This document shows, one piece after another, positions 39,301 through 53,800 of a stretch of DNA of 64,000 bases (position 1 is its first letter; each line of letters opens with the position of its first letter). The stretch lies in assembly GCA_951406725.2 (NCBI GenBank), contig OX597823.1, forward strand, positions 80,910,001-80,974,000, in the 5' to 3' direction. This DNA is from Octopus vulgaris (lineage: Eukaryota). A model generated the notes under the pieces. That model made no database searches, was not told the origin of the DNA, and worked only from the letters and a program-made list of their open reading frames with translations. Both the position numbers and the translations under genes were made by a program.

Positions 39301-42300
39301 CAACATCAGACACAGTGAAAATCCATTTTGTTTCTGATTCACCAAACTGCAAAATGATAGTTACAGTATCTTTCAAAGGTTGTTTTGAATCAAGGTGTAA
39401 GTATAATGCAAAACTACAATCAAAAGTATCATGTCATATATATGAGAATTATTTACAATATGCTGGTGCCACATTAAAAGCATTCATACAGGTGCAACGT
39501 AAAAACCAGCCATGCTGGTGCCATGTAAGTTGCACCCATACTAGTACCATGTAAAAAGTACCCAGGACTGTAAAATGGTTGGCATCAGGAAGGGCATCCA
39601 GCTGTAGAAAACATGCCAACCAGCTTGCCAGCTCCTGTCAAACCATTCAACCTGTGTCAGCATGGAAAATGGATGTTAAATGATGATGATGATGATGACG
39701 ATGACAATGGTGATTTACTTATCTCTTGGCTGTTTCAATAATTATTACAAAACAATTTAAACAGAACATTATAGTGAATAATTCAATCATCTGCACCATC
39801 AGCTTCAAAGTTTCCTTAAGCATTAATAATTCTATGATCATAAGATTCGTTAGTATGTTCATAATTAACTTTATGAATATTTAGTAATAACAAAAACTTT
39901 TCATTAAATAAATTAACAAATATCATGTATAAAAATATTGCATTTGATTGTGAATTAATATTATAAAAGGGAAATTGAATTTATCTTTTTCTTCTGTTAT
40001 AAAATTTACATGCATAAGGAATATATTTTCATAATATAGTGTTCAGTTTGTATTTTAAAATGGAAGCAATTAGTAACATACAATTCTTACAAATTTAGCT
40101 AATATTAAATTTCCAAACATCTATTATAACTTCTATTTCACCCTTTTTTCATATAGCAACAACACCAGTACCAACAACAATTCTTCCTACAACCACACCT
40201 CTGCCAACAAGTAAGTGATGAGATTTATTACTTAAAGTAATTAAAAATAATGAAGATATATATTTGAATGTTAATTTCCAAAGAATATTTTATGAAATAA
40301 TTCATGTAAATTTGTAAATTCAGTATAATGGATGGTATATGAAATTTTGTTTCCTTTCATTTTTATCTTAGCCACACCTATTCCAACAACAACACTACAA
40401 CCAACAACACGGACTGGTAAGAATTTTTCCTAAATTTTGAAATATTCCATGAAGACTCATAAAAATGCTTATATAATTAACTGTTTATTTATTTTCTTTT
40501 TATCTTTTTGCTAATTGCAATTCACTCATGGATACTGTTTTCTAGAATCCTGGTGTGTATTCAATGATGGTTTGGAAGATGCCTCATTAATCAGGGCCTG
40601 GGACATTAAATTATCAAGCAATGATAAAAATCCAGATGCTATTCGCCCTGGCAGAAATGGTTGGAGACCAGATGAAGGTGATAATAAACGCACAGTAACA
40701 ATGTTTGTTGGTGATGCTTTAAGATATGGTGCATCTATTCATCTATTACGAGCTGTAGGTGTTGCAAAGTTCGATGTTATTCTCAGTGGAGGAGAGAATA
40801 ATAGATTTAAGGTGAGTTTCGGTGAGGTAAATTTACTATATCAATATCATCACATTAAACACTTACCAGCCTCCCCTCTCTGTGCTAGCGATATTATCCA
40901 AGGAAGAGGCATAGACCAATACAGCATAGCACCAGTGATGTCACAACCCATTTCTACAGCTGAGTAAACTGGAGCAACATGAAATAAAGTGTCTTCCTCA
41001 AGAACACAATACACAGCTCGGTCTGGGTATCGAACTCAGTACCTCATGATTGTGAGCCTAACATTCTAACCACTGAGCCATCTTGGAAATATACAATGTG
41101 AAATCATTTTGTGAACCAATTATTTTTCATATTTTGCAGTAATAATAGTTTGTCTAATGCTGTTTATATCTGCAATGAAAAGAAGGTTTTATTAAAATTC
41201 CATTTTATACAGTTACCAGATCCAGAATCTTTCAGTATTCTTGACACAAGCCTTCCATTTGTCTCTCTCATTTTCAAACACTTGGTTAATGCATCCAGTG
41301 TCTTCTAGTAATTGTTTGATGTGATTTTTTTGCTGGTCTGTCTCTTTCCTGTTTAGCATGTACAAAAGAAAGCACTGACTGAAAATATCATAGGGTTTCG
41401 GCTCTTTCAAAGAAAGCAAGTGATGTCTATCTGGCCAAGAACATTACAGATCCAGATTAGTCTGATGACCTGACAATTATTAGGGATCAAATGAAAAATG
41501 CCAATATCCTTCTGCATGCTCTGGAGAAAAATGCCAGTGAATTTGTACTATATATTAATGCTACTAAGACAGAATATATTTCTTACAACCAATAAGAATT
41601 TATAATAATAATAATAATGAAATTATTGTATACAGTGCTCAGGTGCACCACAACTTGTCAAAAGTGCATATAAAGTATATTCAGTAATGTACAAATGTCT
41701 GGAAAGTGAACAGTGTATGAGTCAGATACATGCTTGTGTGTGTATGGAGGGAAGAAAATCAGGTGTAGTGTTGGCAAATCTCAGGAAGCATGGAAGTTTT
41801 GAAGGATGCAGTGCTCCAACAACTAACAACTGATGCCAGCAGTTTGTTCCATACTTCAGCAACTCTTAGCATGAAAAAATGCTTCCGAATGTCATGGGAG
41901 CTGTGCTGTTTTCTGACTTTGTAAACATGTCCATGGGTGTTAGACAGGTGGAGTTTGAAAAGGTGCTCAGAGTTATTGTTAGTAAGATGGTTAATAATTT
42001 TATGGGTGTCTGCCAAGTCAGCTGCCAGATGTCAGAGTTTCAATGTATCTATGCCCTGGGAATAAGGCATTCAGAATATGGCAAATGCCTGATGGAGGGT
42101 ATTCTCTTTGTTGCACGTCGCTGAACAGTTTCCAGACGATTAATATCCTGGATAAGATAGGGGTTCCAGATTGTACTCTCTAAATGGAGAAAAATCAAAA
42201 ATGCAGAGAAATATAAATACCATCTATGTCATATGTCTGTTATAGAAATCAGGATAAGTAAAGCATGGGGCATGTTTAAATGATATTACATTAAACACAG

Positions 42301-43159
42301 GGAAATTTCCAGTGACTTCTATTTTCCTTTGTTTATCTAAAGCTTCCTTATCTCTAATTTTTTTCTGTATCCAGAACATTGAAAAGGGTGCTGTTGTTAA
42401 AATTCCATTTGGAACAACATCAGACACAGTGAAAATCCATTTTGTTTCTGATTCACCAAACTGCAAAATGATAGTTACAGTATCTTTCAAAGGTTGTTTT
42501 GAATCAAGGTGTAAGTATAAAGATAAACATTTGCTGAAATTTCCTTCTCATAAATCTCACTATTTTTACAAAGTTTTCTCACCCGTTGACTTTTTCAATA
42601 ATTAGAACAAAACAAATTAAATAGAACACTATAAAGAACAATTTAATCATTCTACATCACCATCCTCAAAGTTTCATTAAGCATTAATGATTTTATATTG
42701 ATAAGATTCATTATAAATTTATAAATACATACTAATAACAAAAACTTCAGATTGAATAAATTTTTGCAAATGTGATATATAAAACTACTATATTTCATTG
42801 TGAATACATATAAAAGTTGCTATGAATATATTCTTCTTGTTTTTATTATAAAATTTATATTCTTAAGGAATAGGTTATCATAATTTTGTTTGTATCTTAA
42901 AAAGGAAACAATTTCTGTTATACAACTCTTATAAATTTAGCTAATATTAACCTTCCAGGTATATAGTTGAGATTATTTTTATAACTCAAATGCTGTTTGT
43001 ATGTCTTTATTTTTTTCCATTTGACATAATACTTCTTATGCTAACTTCTAGTTTACCCTTTGTTTACATAGCAACAACACCACTACCAACAACAATACTT
43101 CCAACAACCACACCTCTGCCAACAAGTAAGTGAAATCTTTCATTTTTTCATATATATTT

Positions 43160-43193
<34 letters not shown>

Positions 43194-45075
43194 TAAAGTC
43201 AATAAAAATGCTTCAAGATATATTGCATTTGATGGGTTGCACATGACATTTTGTTTTCTTTCATTTCTATTTCAGCCACAATTATTCCAACGACAACACT
43301 CCAACCCACAACACAGACAGGTAAACTATTTCTGATCCCATGATACCTCATTTTTGTTGAAATTTGAAATAATAATTATAAAAATAATGGTATTTTATTG
43401 ATTGCATTTTATTGATATTGTTTTCTAGAATCCTGGTGTGTATTTAATGATGGTTTGGAAGATGCCTCATTGATAAGGGCCTGGGATATTAAATTGTCAA
43501 GCAATGCTGAAAATCCTGATGCTATTCGCCCTGGCAGAAAAGGTTGGAAACCAGATGAAGGTGATAATAAACGTACAGTAACAATGTTTGTTGGTGATGC
43601 TTTAAGATATGGTGCATCTATTCATTTATTACGAGCAGTAGGTGTTGCAAAGTTTGATGTTATTCTCAGTGGAGGAGAGAATAAGAGATTTAAGGTGAGT
43701 TTCAATGAGTGAATACACACCTCATTAAAATTGTTTATAACATGAATTTTAGTAAAAATATGAGGTATAAATAATACTTTATAAATTATGTTCCAGTATG
43801 TACAAAGGGGATTTGTTATATATTTTATCTTTCTCCTCAAATTAATTGTATAACGACATAGTTATGGAGAGAAATGACCAAAAACTAACTTCATATAATT
43901 TACATTGATGGCATTTTATAAATGTGGGAGTCTTGGAAATATATACTGTGAAAGTATTTTGTGAAGCCAATTATACTTATTATTTAGCTGTGATAATAAT
44001 ATCGTTCATAATGATCAAAAGTAAAATTAATAAAAGTTCCATATGACAGTGCATAAGATGGTATCATAGATTGAGATTTTGTTCTCATTCTTGGCTCATA
44101 TCTTTCGTTTGCCACCCATTCTTAAACATTTGCTGTCATCTAGCAATTGTTTCATGTAGTTATTTTGCTGGTCTACCACTTCCTACTTTGCCAAAGATAG
44201 AGCTTGACTGAAAACATCATGAAGTTTGACACTTTCATAGAAAAGAAATAGCAGATATTTTGCCAAAACAAATTAAGCATAATGATTATACTGACAATGA
44301 AGAAAGTCAATATCTCCATATTTGCTCTGGAGAAAAGTGCCTCTGAAATTGTACTATGTAGCAATGCTACTAACCTAGAATGTATTTCTTACAACCAATA
44401 TGTAACTGAAAGCTTGCACTCTATGAACGGAGAAAAAAAATGCAGAGAAATTTATATGTCCATTTCCGAGTCTGTTAGAGAAATCAGGATAAATAATGCA
44501 TGGGACACACTTCAATGATATTATATTACACACTGTGAAACATTCCAATGACTTCTACTTCCTTTGTTTAAAGCTTCCTTATCTCTAATTTTCTTCTGTA
44601 TCCAGAATATTGAAAAGGATGCTGTTGTTAAAATTCCATTTGGAACAACATCAGACACAGTGAAAATCCATTTTGTTTCTGATTCACCAAATTGCAAAAT
44701 GATAGTTACAGTATCTTTCAAAGGTTGTTTTGAATCAAGGTGTAAGTATAAAGAAAAACTATTACCAAAATTTTCTTATCATAAATATCATTTTTTGCAA
44801 TATTTACTTATCTGTTGACTGTTTCACTAATTATTGCAAAACAAATTAAACAGAACATTATAATGAATAATTTAATCATTGTGCATCATCATGAAAGGTT
44901 CATTACATATTAATCACAGGAGCGAGTGTGTGGTAAGTAGCTTGCTTACCAACCACATGGTTCCAGATTCAGTCCCACTGCGTGACACTTTGGGCAAGTG
45001 CCTTCTACTATAGCCTCGGGCCAACCAAAGCCTTGTGAGTGAATTTGGTGGATGGAAACTGAAAGAAGCCTGTCG

Positions 45076-45110
<35 letters not shown>

Positions 45111-45118
45111 ATATATAT

Positions 45119-45174
<56 letters not shown>

Positions 45175-48154
45175 ATATGTTTGTGTGTCTATGTTTGTCT
45201 CCTCACCATTGCTTGACAACCAATGCTGGTGTGTTTACGTCCCCATAATTTAGCGGTTCGGCAAAAAGAAAACAATAGAATAAGTACTAGGCTTACAAAG
45301 AATAAGTCCTGAGATCGATTTGCTCGACTAAAGGCAGTGCTCCAGCATGGCCGCAATCATATGACTGAAACAAGTAAAAGAGTAAGAGTATAAGATTTCT
45401 TAATAAGTTTATAAATAACTCTGTAAATACTTATTAAGAACAAAAACTTCAGATTGAATAAAGTTTTACTAATATAATGTATAAAAATCTTACATTTCTT
45501 TGTGAATGCATATAAAAGCTGCTCTGAATTTGTTTCCTTTTGTTTCTATTATAATATGCACATAATTAAGGAATATATTTTCATAATATAGTGTTCAGAT
45601 TGTGTTTGAAAATTGAAGCAATTGGAAACGTGAAATTATAAATTTAGCTAATATTAACCTTCCAGGTATATAGTTGAAATTATTTTTATAACTCAAATGC
45701 TGTTTATATGTCTTTATTTTTTTCCCATTTGACATAACACTTCTTATACTAACTTCTATTTTACCCTTTGTTTATATAGCAACAACACCACTACCAACAA
45801 CAGTGCTTCCAACAACCACACCTCTGCCAACAAGTAAGTGAAATCTTTAATTTCTTCATATATATGTGTGTGCGTGTGTGTATATTAAAGTCAATAAAAA
45901 TACTTCAAGATATATTGCATTTGATGGTTTGTTAGCAAACCATATTTTATCAAACATTTGATGTAAATTTATATACTACATTTGATGGGTTGTACATGAC
46001 ATTTTGTTTTCTTTCATTTCCATTTCATCCACAATTATTCCAACGACAACACTCCAACCCACAACACAAACAGGTAAACTATTTCTGATCTCAAGATGTC
46101 ACATTTTTGTTGAAATTTGAAATAATAATTATAAAATTAATGGCATTTTCTTCATTGCATTTTATTGATATTGTTTTCTAGAATCCTGGTGTGTATTCAA
46201 TGATGGTTTGGAAGATGCCTCATTGATAAGGGCCTGGGACATTAAATTATCAAGCAATGATGAAAATCCTGATGCTATTCGCCCTGGCAGAAAAGGTTGG
46301 AAACCAGATGAAGGTGATAATAAACGTACAGTAACAATGTTTGTTGGTGGTGCTTTAAGATATGGTGCATCTATTCATTTATTACGAGCAGTAGGTGTTG
46401 CAAAGTTTGATGTCATTCTCAGTGGAGGAGAGAATAATAGATTTAAGGTGAGTTTCAATGAGTGAATACACACCTCATTAAAATTGTTTATAACATGAAT
46501 TTTAGTAAAAATATGAGATATAAAGAATGCTTTATAAAATATGTTCCAGTATATGCAAATATGATTTGCTATATTTTTTTATCTGTCTCATCAAATTACT
46601 AATATAACCACATATTTATGGAGTGAAATGACCAAAAACTGGCTTGATATAAGTTACACAGATGACATTTTATAAATGTGAGAATCTTGAAAATATATAG
46701 AGTGAAAGTATTTTGTGAAGACAATTATATTTATTATTTTGCTGTGATAATAATGTCGTTCATAATTATGAAGAGTAAAAATGATGAAAGTTCCATATGA
46801 TAGTACATAAGATAGTATCATAGATTGAGATTTTGTTCTCATTCTTGGCACACAACTTTCCTTTGTCTGTCACCCATTTTCAAGCATTTACAGTCATCTA
46901 GCAATTGTTTCATGTAGTTTGTTTTGGTCTAGCACTTCCTACTTTACCAAAGATAGTGCTTGACTGAAAACATCATGAAGTTTGACTCTTTTATAGAAAA
47001 GACATGGCGGATATTTTGCCTAAACAAATTAAGCATAATAATTTTTGCTGACAATCTGGTAGCATTCAGTTACCATATGAAAGATGTCAATATCCCTGTA
47101 TTTGCTCTGGAGAAAAGTTCCTGTGAAATTGTACAATGCAGCAATGCTACTAACCCAGAATGTATTTCTTACAACCAATATGTAACTGAAAGCTTGCACT
47201 TTATGAACAGAGTGGGGGAAAAAAGCAGAGAAATTTATATGTCCATTTCCGAGTCTGTTATAGAAATCAGGATAAATAATGCATGGGACATACTTCAATG
47301 ATATTACATTACACACTGTGAAACATTCCAATGACTTCTACTTCCTTTATTTGAAGCTTCCTTATCTCTAATTTTCTTCTGTATCCAGAACATTGAAAAG
47401 GATGCTGTTGTTAAAATCCCATTTGGAACAACATCAGACACAGTGAAAATCCACTTTGTTTCTGATTCACCAAACTGCAAAATGATAGTTACAGTATCTT
47501 TCAAAGGTTGTTTTGAATCAAGGTGTAAGTATAAAGCAAAACTATTGCCAAAATTTTCTTGTCATAAATATCATTTTTTGCAATATTTACTCATCTGTTG
47601 ACTGTTTCACTAATTATTACAAAACAAATTAAATAGAGCATTATAATGAATAATTTAATCATTGTGCATCATCATGAAAGCTTCATTACACATTAATCAT
47701 TTTATGATTATAAGATTTGTTAATAAGTTTATAAATAACTCTGTAAATACTTATTAAGAACAAAAACTTCAGATTGAATAAAGTTTTGCTAATATAATAT
47801 ATAAAAATCTTACATTTCTTTGTGACTGCATATAAAAGTTGAACTGAATTTGTTCCTTTAATATTTTTTCATAATATAGTGTTTAGATTGTATTTTAAAA
47901 TGGAAGCAATTGGAAACGTGATATTATAAATTTAGCTAATATTAATCTTTCCAGATATATATAGTTGAAATTATTTTTATAACTCAAATGCTGTTCATAT
48001 GTTTTATTTTTCTATTAGACATAACACTTCTTATGCTAACTACTATTTTACCCTTTGTTTACATAGCAACAACACCACTACCCACAACAGTACTTCCAAC
48101 AACCACACTTCTGCCAACAAGTAAGTGAAATCTTTTATTTCTTCATATATATTT

Positions 48155-48185
<31 letters not shown>

Positions 48186-50770
48186 CATGCATATATACAT
48201 ATATATATATATTAAAGTCGATAAAAATGCTTCAAGATATATTACATTTGATGGTTTATTAACAAACAATATTTTATCAAACTAATTAGAAATATTGAAC
48301 TTCTAAATGTCTCAAAGAAACATGAGCGGTGGTGGAGTGATAGAGTGGTTGTGTAAAGTCAACATAACATGACAGTCCCGTAGAGCGAATTACACCACTG
48401 CTATATAACCCTAGGAAGCATCGACGCTTCCTGTCGACTTTGACACATTTCCTGTGTCCTTATATTTGCAAAGGGAAGGCAAGCACCCCCAACAGCTAGT
48501 TATGTTGACTTTACACAACCACTCAATTTTATCAAACATTTGATGTAAATTTATATACTACATTTGATGGATCATACTTGAAATTTTGTTTTCTTTCATT
48601 TTTATTTTAGCCACAATTATTCCAACGACAACACTCCAACCCACAACACAAACAGGTAAACTATTTCTGATCCCATGATACCTCACTTTTGTTGAAATTT
48701 GAAATAATAATTATAAAAATAATGATATTTTCTTTATTGCATTTTATTTATTGACATTGTTTTCTAGAATCCTGGTGTGTATTCAATGATGGTTTGGAAG
48801 ATGCCTCATTGATAAGGGCCTGGGACATTAAATTATCAAGCAATGATGAAAATCCTGATGCTATTCGCCCTGGCAGAAAAGGTTGGAAACCAGATGAAGG
48901 TGATACGAAGCGCACAGTAACAATGTTTGTTGGTGATGCTTTAAGATATGGTGCATCTATTCATTTATTACGAGCAGTAGGTGTTGCAAAGTTTGATGTC
49001 ATTCTCAGTGGAGGAGAGAATAATAGATTTAAGGTGAGTTTCAAAGAGTGAATACACACATCTCATTAAAATTGTTTATAACATAAATTTTAGTAAAAAT
49101 ATGAGATATAAAGAATACTTTATAAAATGTGTTCCAGTATATGCAAAGGTGATTTGTTATATTTTTTTATCTGTCTCCTCAAATTACTTGTATTTATGGA
49201 GAGACATATTTATGGAGAGAAATGACCAAAAACTGGCTTGGTATAATTTACACAGATGACATTTAATAAATGTGAGAGCTTTGGAAATATATAATGTGAA
49301 AGTATTTTGTGAAGCCAATTATACTTATTATTTAGGTGTGATAATAATATCGTTCATAATGATGAAAAGTAAAAGTGATAAAAGTTCCATATGATAGTAC
49401 ATAAGATGGTATCATAGATTGAGATTTTGTTCTCATTCTTGGCACACATCTTTCCTTTGTTACCCATTCTTAAGCATTTACTGTTATCTAGCAATTTTTA
49501 CATGTAGTTTTTTTGCTGGTCTAGCACTTACTACTTTACCAAAGATAGCGCTCAACTGAAAACATCATGAAGTTTGACTCTTTCATAGAAAAGAAATTGC
49601 AGATATTTTGCCAAAACAAATTAAGCATAATTATGCTGACAATCTGGTAGTAATCAGTTACCATATGAAGGATGTCAATATCCCTGTATTTGCTCTGGAG
49701 AAAAGTGCCTCTGAAATTGTACTATGTAGCAATGCTACTAACCCAGAATGTATTTCTTACAACCAATATGTAACTGAAAGCTTGCACTCTATGAACAGAA
49801 GGGGGAAAAAAAAGCAGAGAAATTTATATGTCCATTTCCGAGTCTGTTATAGAAATCAGGATAAATAATGCATGGGACACACTTCAATGATATTACATTG
49901 AACACAGGGAAAAATTCCAATGACTTCTACTTCCTTTGTTTAAAGCTTTCTTATCTCTAATTTTCTTCTGTATCCAGAACATTGAAAAGGATGCTGTTGT
50001 TAAAATTCCATTTGGAACAACATCAGACACAGTGAAAATCCATTTTGTTTCTGATTCACCAAACTGCAAAATGATAGTTACAGTATCTTTCAAAGGTTGT
50101 TTTGAATCAGGGTGTAAGTATAAAGCAAAACTATTGCCAAAATTTTCTTGTCATAAATATCATTTTTTGCAATATTTACTCATCTGTTGACTGTTTCACT
50201 AATTATTACAAAACAAATTAAATAGAACATTATAATGAATAATTTAATCATTGTGCATCATCATGAAAGCTTCATTATATATTAATCATTTTATGATTAT
50301 AAGATTTGTTAATAAGATTATAAATAACTCTGTAAATATTTATTAAGAACAAAAACTTCAGACTGAATTAAGTTTTACTAATATAATATATAAAAATCTT
50401 ACATTTCTTTGTGACTGCATATAAAAGCTGAACTGAATTTGTTCCTTTTGCTTCTATTATAATATTTACATAATTAAATATATTTTCATAATATAGTGTT
50501 CAGATTGTATTTTAAAATGGAAGCAATTGGAAATGTGAAATTATATATTTAGCTAATATTAAACTTTCCAGATATATACAGTGGAAATTATTTTTATAAC
50601 TCAAATGCTGTTCATATGTTTTATTTTTCTATTAGACATAACACTTCTTATACTAACTTCTATTTTACCCTTTGTTTATATAGCAACAACACCACTACCC
50701 ACAACAGTGCTTCCAACAACCACACTTCTGCCAACAAGTAAGTGAAATCTTTTATTTCTTCATATATATT

Positions 50771-50855
<85 letters not shown>

Positions 50856-53800
50856 AATAAAAATGCTTCAAGATATATTGCATTTGATGGTTTGTTAGCA
50901 AACCATATTTTATCAAACATTTGATGTAAATTTATATGCTACATTTCATGGGTTGTACATGACATTTTGTTTTCTTTCATTTCCATTTCAGCCACAATTA
51001 TTCCAACGACAACACTCCAACCCACAACACAAACAGGTAAACTATTTCTGATCCCATGATATCTAATTTTTGTTGAAATTTGAAATAATAATTATGAAAA
51101 ATAATGGTAATTTCTTGATTGCATTTTATTTATTGATATTGTTTTCTAGAATCCTGGTGTGTATTTAATGATGGTTTGGAAGATGCCTCATTGATAAGGG
51201 CCTGGGACATTAAATTGTCAAGCAATGATGAAAATCCTGATGCTATTCGCCCTGGCAGAAAAGGTTGGAGACCAGATGAAGGTGATAATAAACGTACTGT
51301 AACAATGTTTGTTGGTGATGCTTTAAGATATGGTGCATCTATTCATTTATTACGAGCAGTAGGTGTTGCAAAGTTTGATATTATTCTCAGTGGAGGAGAG
51401 AATAATAGATTTAAGGTGAGTTTCAAAGAGTGAATACACACCTCATTAAAATTGTTTATAACATGAATTTTAGTAAAAATATGAGATATAAAGAATACTT
51501 TATAAAATGTGTTCCAGTATATAGAAAGGTGATTTGTTATATTTTTTATCTGTGTCCTCAAATTACTTGTATTTTTGAGGGACATATTTATGGAGAGAAA
51601 TGACCAAAAACTAACTTCATATAATTTACATTGATGGCATTTTATACATGTGAGAGTCTTGGAAATATATAATGTGAAAGTATTTTGTGAAGCCAATTAT
51701 ATTCATTATTTTACTGCAATAATGTACATCTATCTATCCATTACCTATCAGTCCAGAATGATGAAAAGAACTCATAAAAATTTTACGTTTTATTATGTTA
51801 AACACTGAAAATTCCACTAATTTTTCTTCCATCTAAAGCTGCCTTTTCTTGTATGTTCTTTTGTATCCAGAACAACGAAAAGAATGCTGTTGTTAAAATT
51901 CCATTTGGAACAACATCAGACACAGTGAAAATCCACTTTAAAGGTGTTTCACCAAACTGCAAAATGATAGTTACAGTATCTTTCAAAGGTTGTTTTGAAT
52001 CAAGGTGTAAGTATAATGCAAAACTATTGCAAAAAGTTCCTTACTATAAATCTCATAATACTTTACAATATTAACTCATTTGTGTGCTGATGTTATTTGG
52101 TCTCTACACCTCATCTTATCTCATCTTGTTTTCCCATTTATTCTTGGGAGTGATGTGGAGCCAGATGCCTGAAGTACCTGTTTCATTTGGTCTTGTCAGA
52201 AACTTCTGACTCCAATTGATCCAGGTTGATCCACAAGTGAGATGAATCCAGCTGATGGAAGTTATACAACCATCTTGTATGTAATCTACTGTGGGGTTTC
52301 CTACCAGTTGGTTTTGCCTGTAAAACTTGTCCAGTGATTTTTCAGAAGACATTCTTATCCCACATCCATAGTATCAGAAGAGTGATCTCTTGATTTGGAA
52401 AAGTAATGACACTACCTGACACTCCTCTCTGATGTCTGAGCTTTGCACTCGCTAGAGCTTGACTTGAAAATTTTTATACAGTTTATGAATATTCATGTAT
52501 TCCATTTAACATAACACTTGTTATCAAAATATATTTTCTGTTCCCATAGCAACAACTCTACTACCAACAACAACAGTGCTTCCTACAACCACACTGCTGC
52601 CAACAAGTACGTACAATGAAACTCACTATAAATATTTGTAAATATATTATATTTGATTCTTTTATTCTTTTACTTGTTTCAGTCATTTGACTGTGGCCAT
52701 GCTGGAGCACCACCTTTAGTTGAGCAAATCAACCCCAGGACTTATTCTTTGTAAGCCTAGTACTTATTCTATCGGTCTCTCTTGCTGAACCGCTAAGTGA
52801 CGGAAATGTAAACACACCAGCATCGGTTGTCAAGTGATGTTGGGGGGACAAACACAGACACACAAACATATACATACATACACACACACACATATATATA
52901 TATATATACGATGGGCTTCTTTCAGTTTCCATCTACCAAATCCACTCACAAGGCTTTGGTAGGCCCGGGTCTATAGTTGAAGACACTTGCCCAAGATGCC
53001 ATGCAGTGGGACTGAACCCAGAACCACGTCATTCGTAAGCAATAATATCTCATAAATATTACAATTTATGAGATAGTCAATGTAATTTTATAAATTTTCT
53101 GTGCTAATTTCTTAAATTTTGTTGTCTTTCATTTCCATTTTAGCCACACTTATCCCAACGACAACTCTGCAACCCACAACACAAACAGGTAAAGTTTTTC
53201 TCTTTCATAGAAGTACTACCGTTGTTTGAAATTGTAACAATATTCATGTTAATAATGTTCAATATTTTGTTCAATATGTTTTTTTCTGAATTGACATTGT
53301 TTTCTAGAATCCTGGTGTGTATTCAGTGATGGTTTGGAAGATCCGTCATTAATCAGGGCCTGGGACATTAAATTATCAAGCAATGATGAAAATCCAGATG
53401 TTATTCGCCCTGGTTTTAAAGGCTGGAGACCAGATAAAGGTGATAATAAACGTACAGTAACAATGTTTGTTGGTGATGCTTTAAGATATGGTGCATCTAT
53501 TCATTTATTAAGAGCAGTTGGTGTTGCAAAGTTTGATGTTATTCTCAGTGGTGGAGAGAATAGGAGATTTAAGGTGAGTGTAAATTATTACAAAAGTATA
53601 ATCACATTAAACTCTTATTAATGGAAGTAGATGTATTAAGTTATATTCTGTAAATTTAGATGACATTTTAAAATATTTCATGTGAATAATTGATATGCAA
53701 ACAGGGTGTGCATTAGTCACCAAAATTGTTAATATTTTCTTACACTATTTTTTCTTTTGATAGCTTTAAGTTGCTCTCCTTTAATGATATGTGATAGTTC

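Noticed and set aside
44282-49868. Repeated intronic ORFs (...[27 protein letters not shown]...)
   Set aside because: Frames are broken differently among units 5-9 and lack consistent splice sites; explained by recent intron duplication.
24056-50093. Recurring minus-strand ORFs over A and B exons (e.g. [22 protein letters not shown])
   Set aside because: Antisense shadows of the conserved + strand exons.
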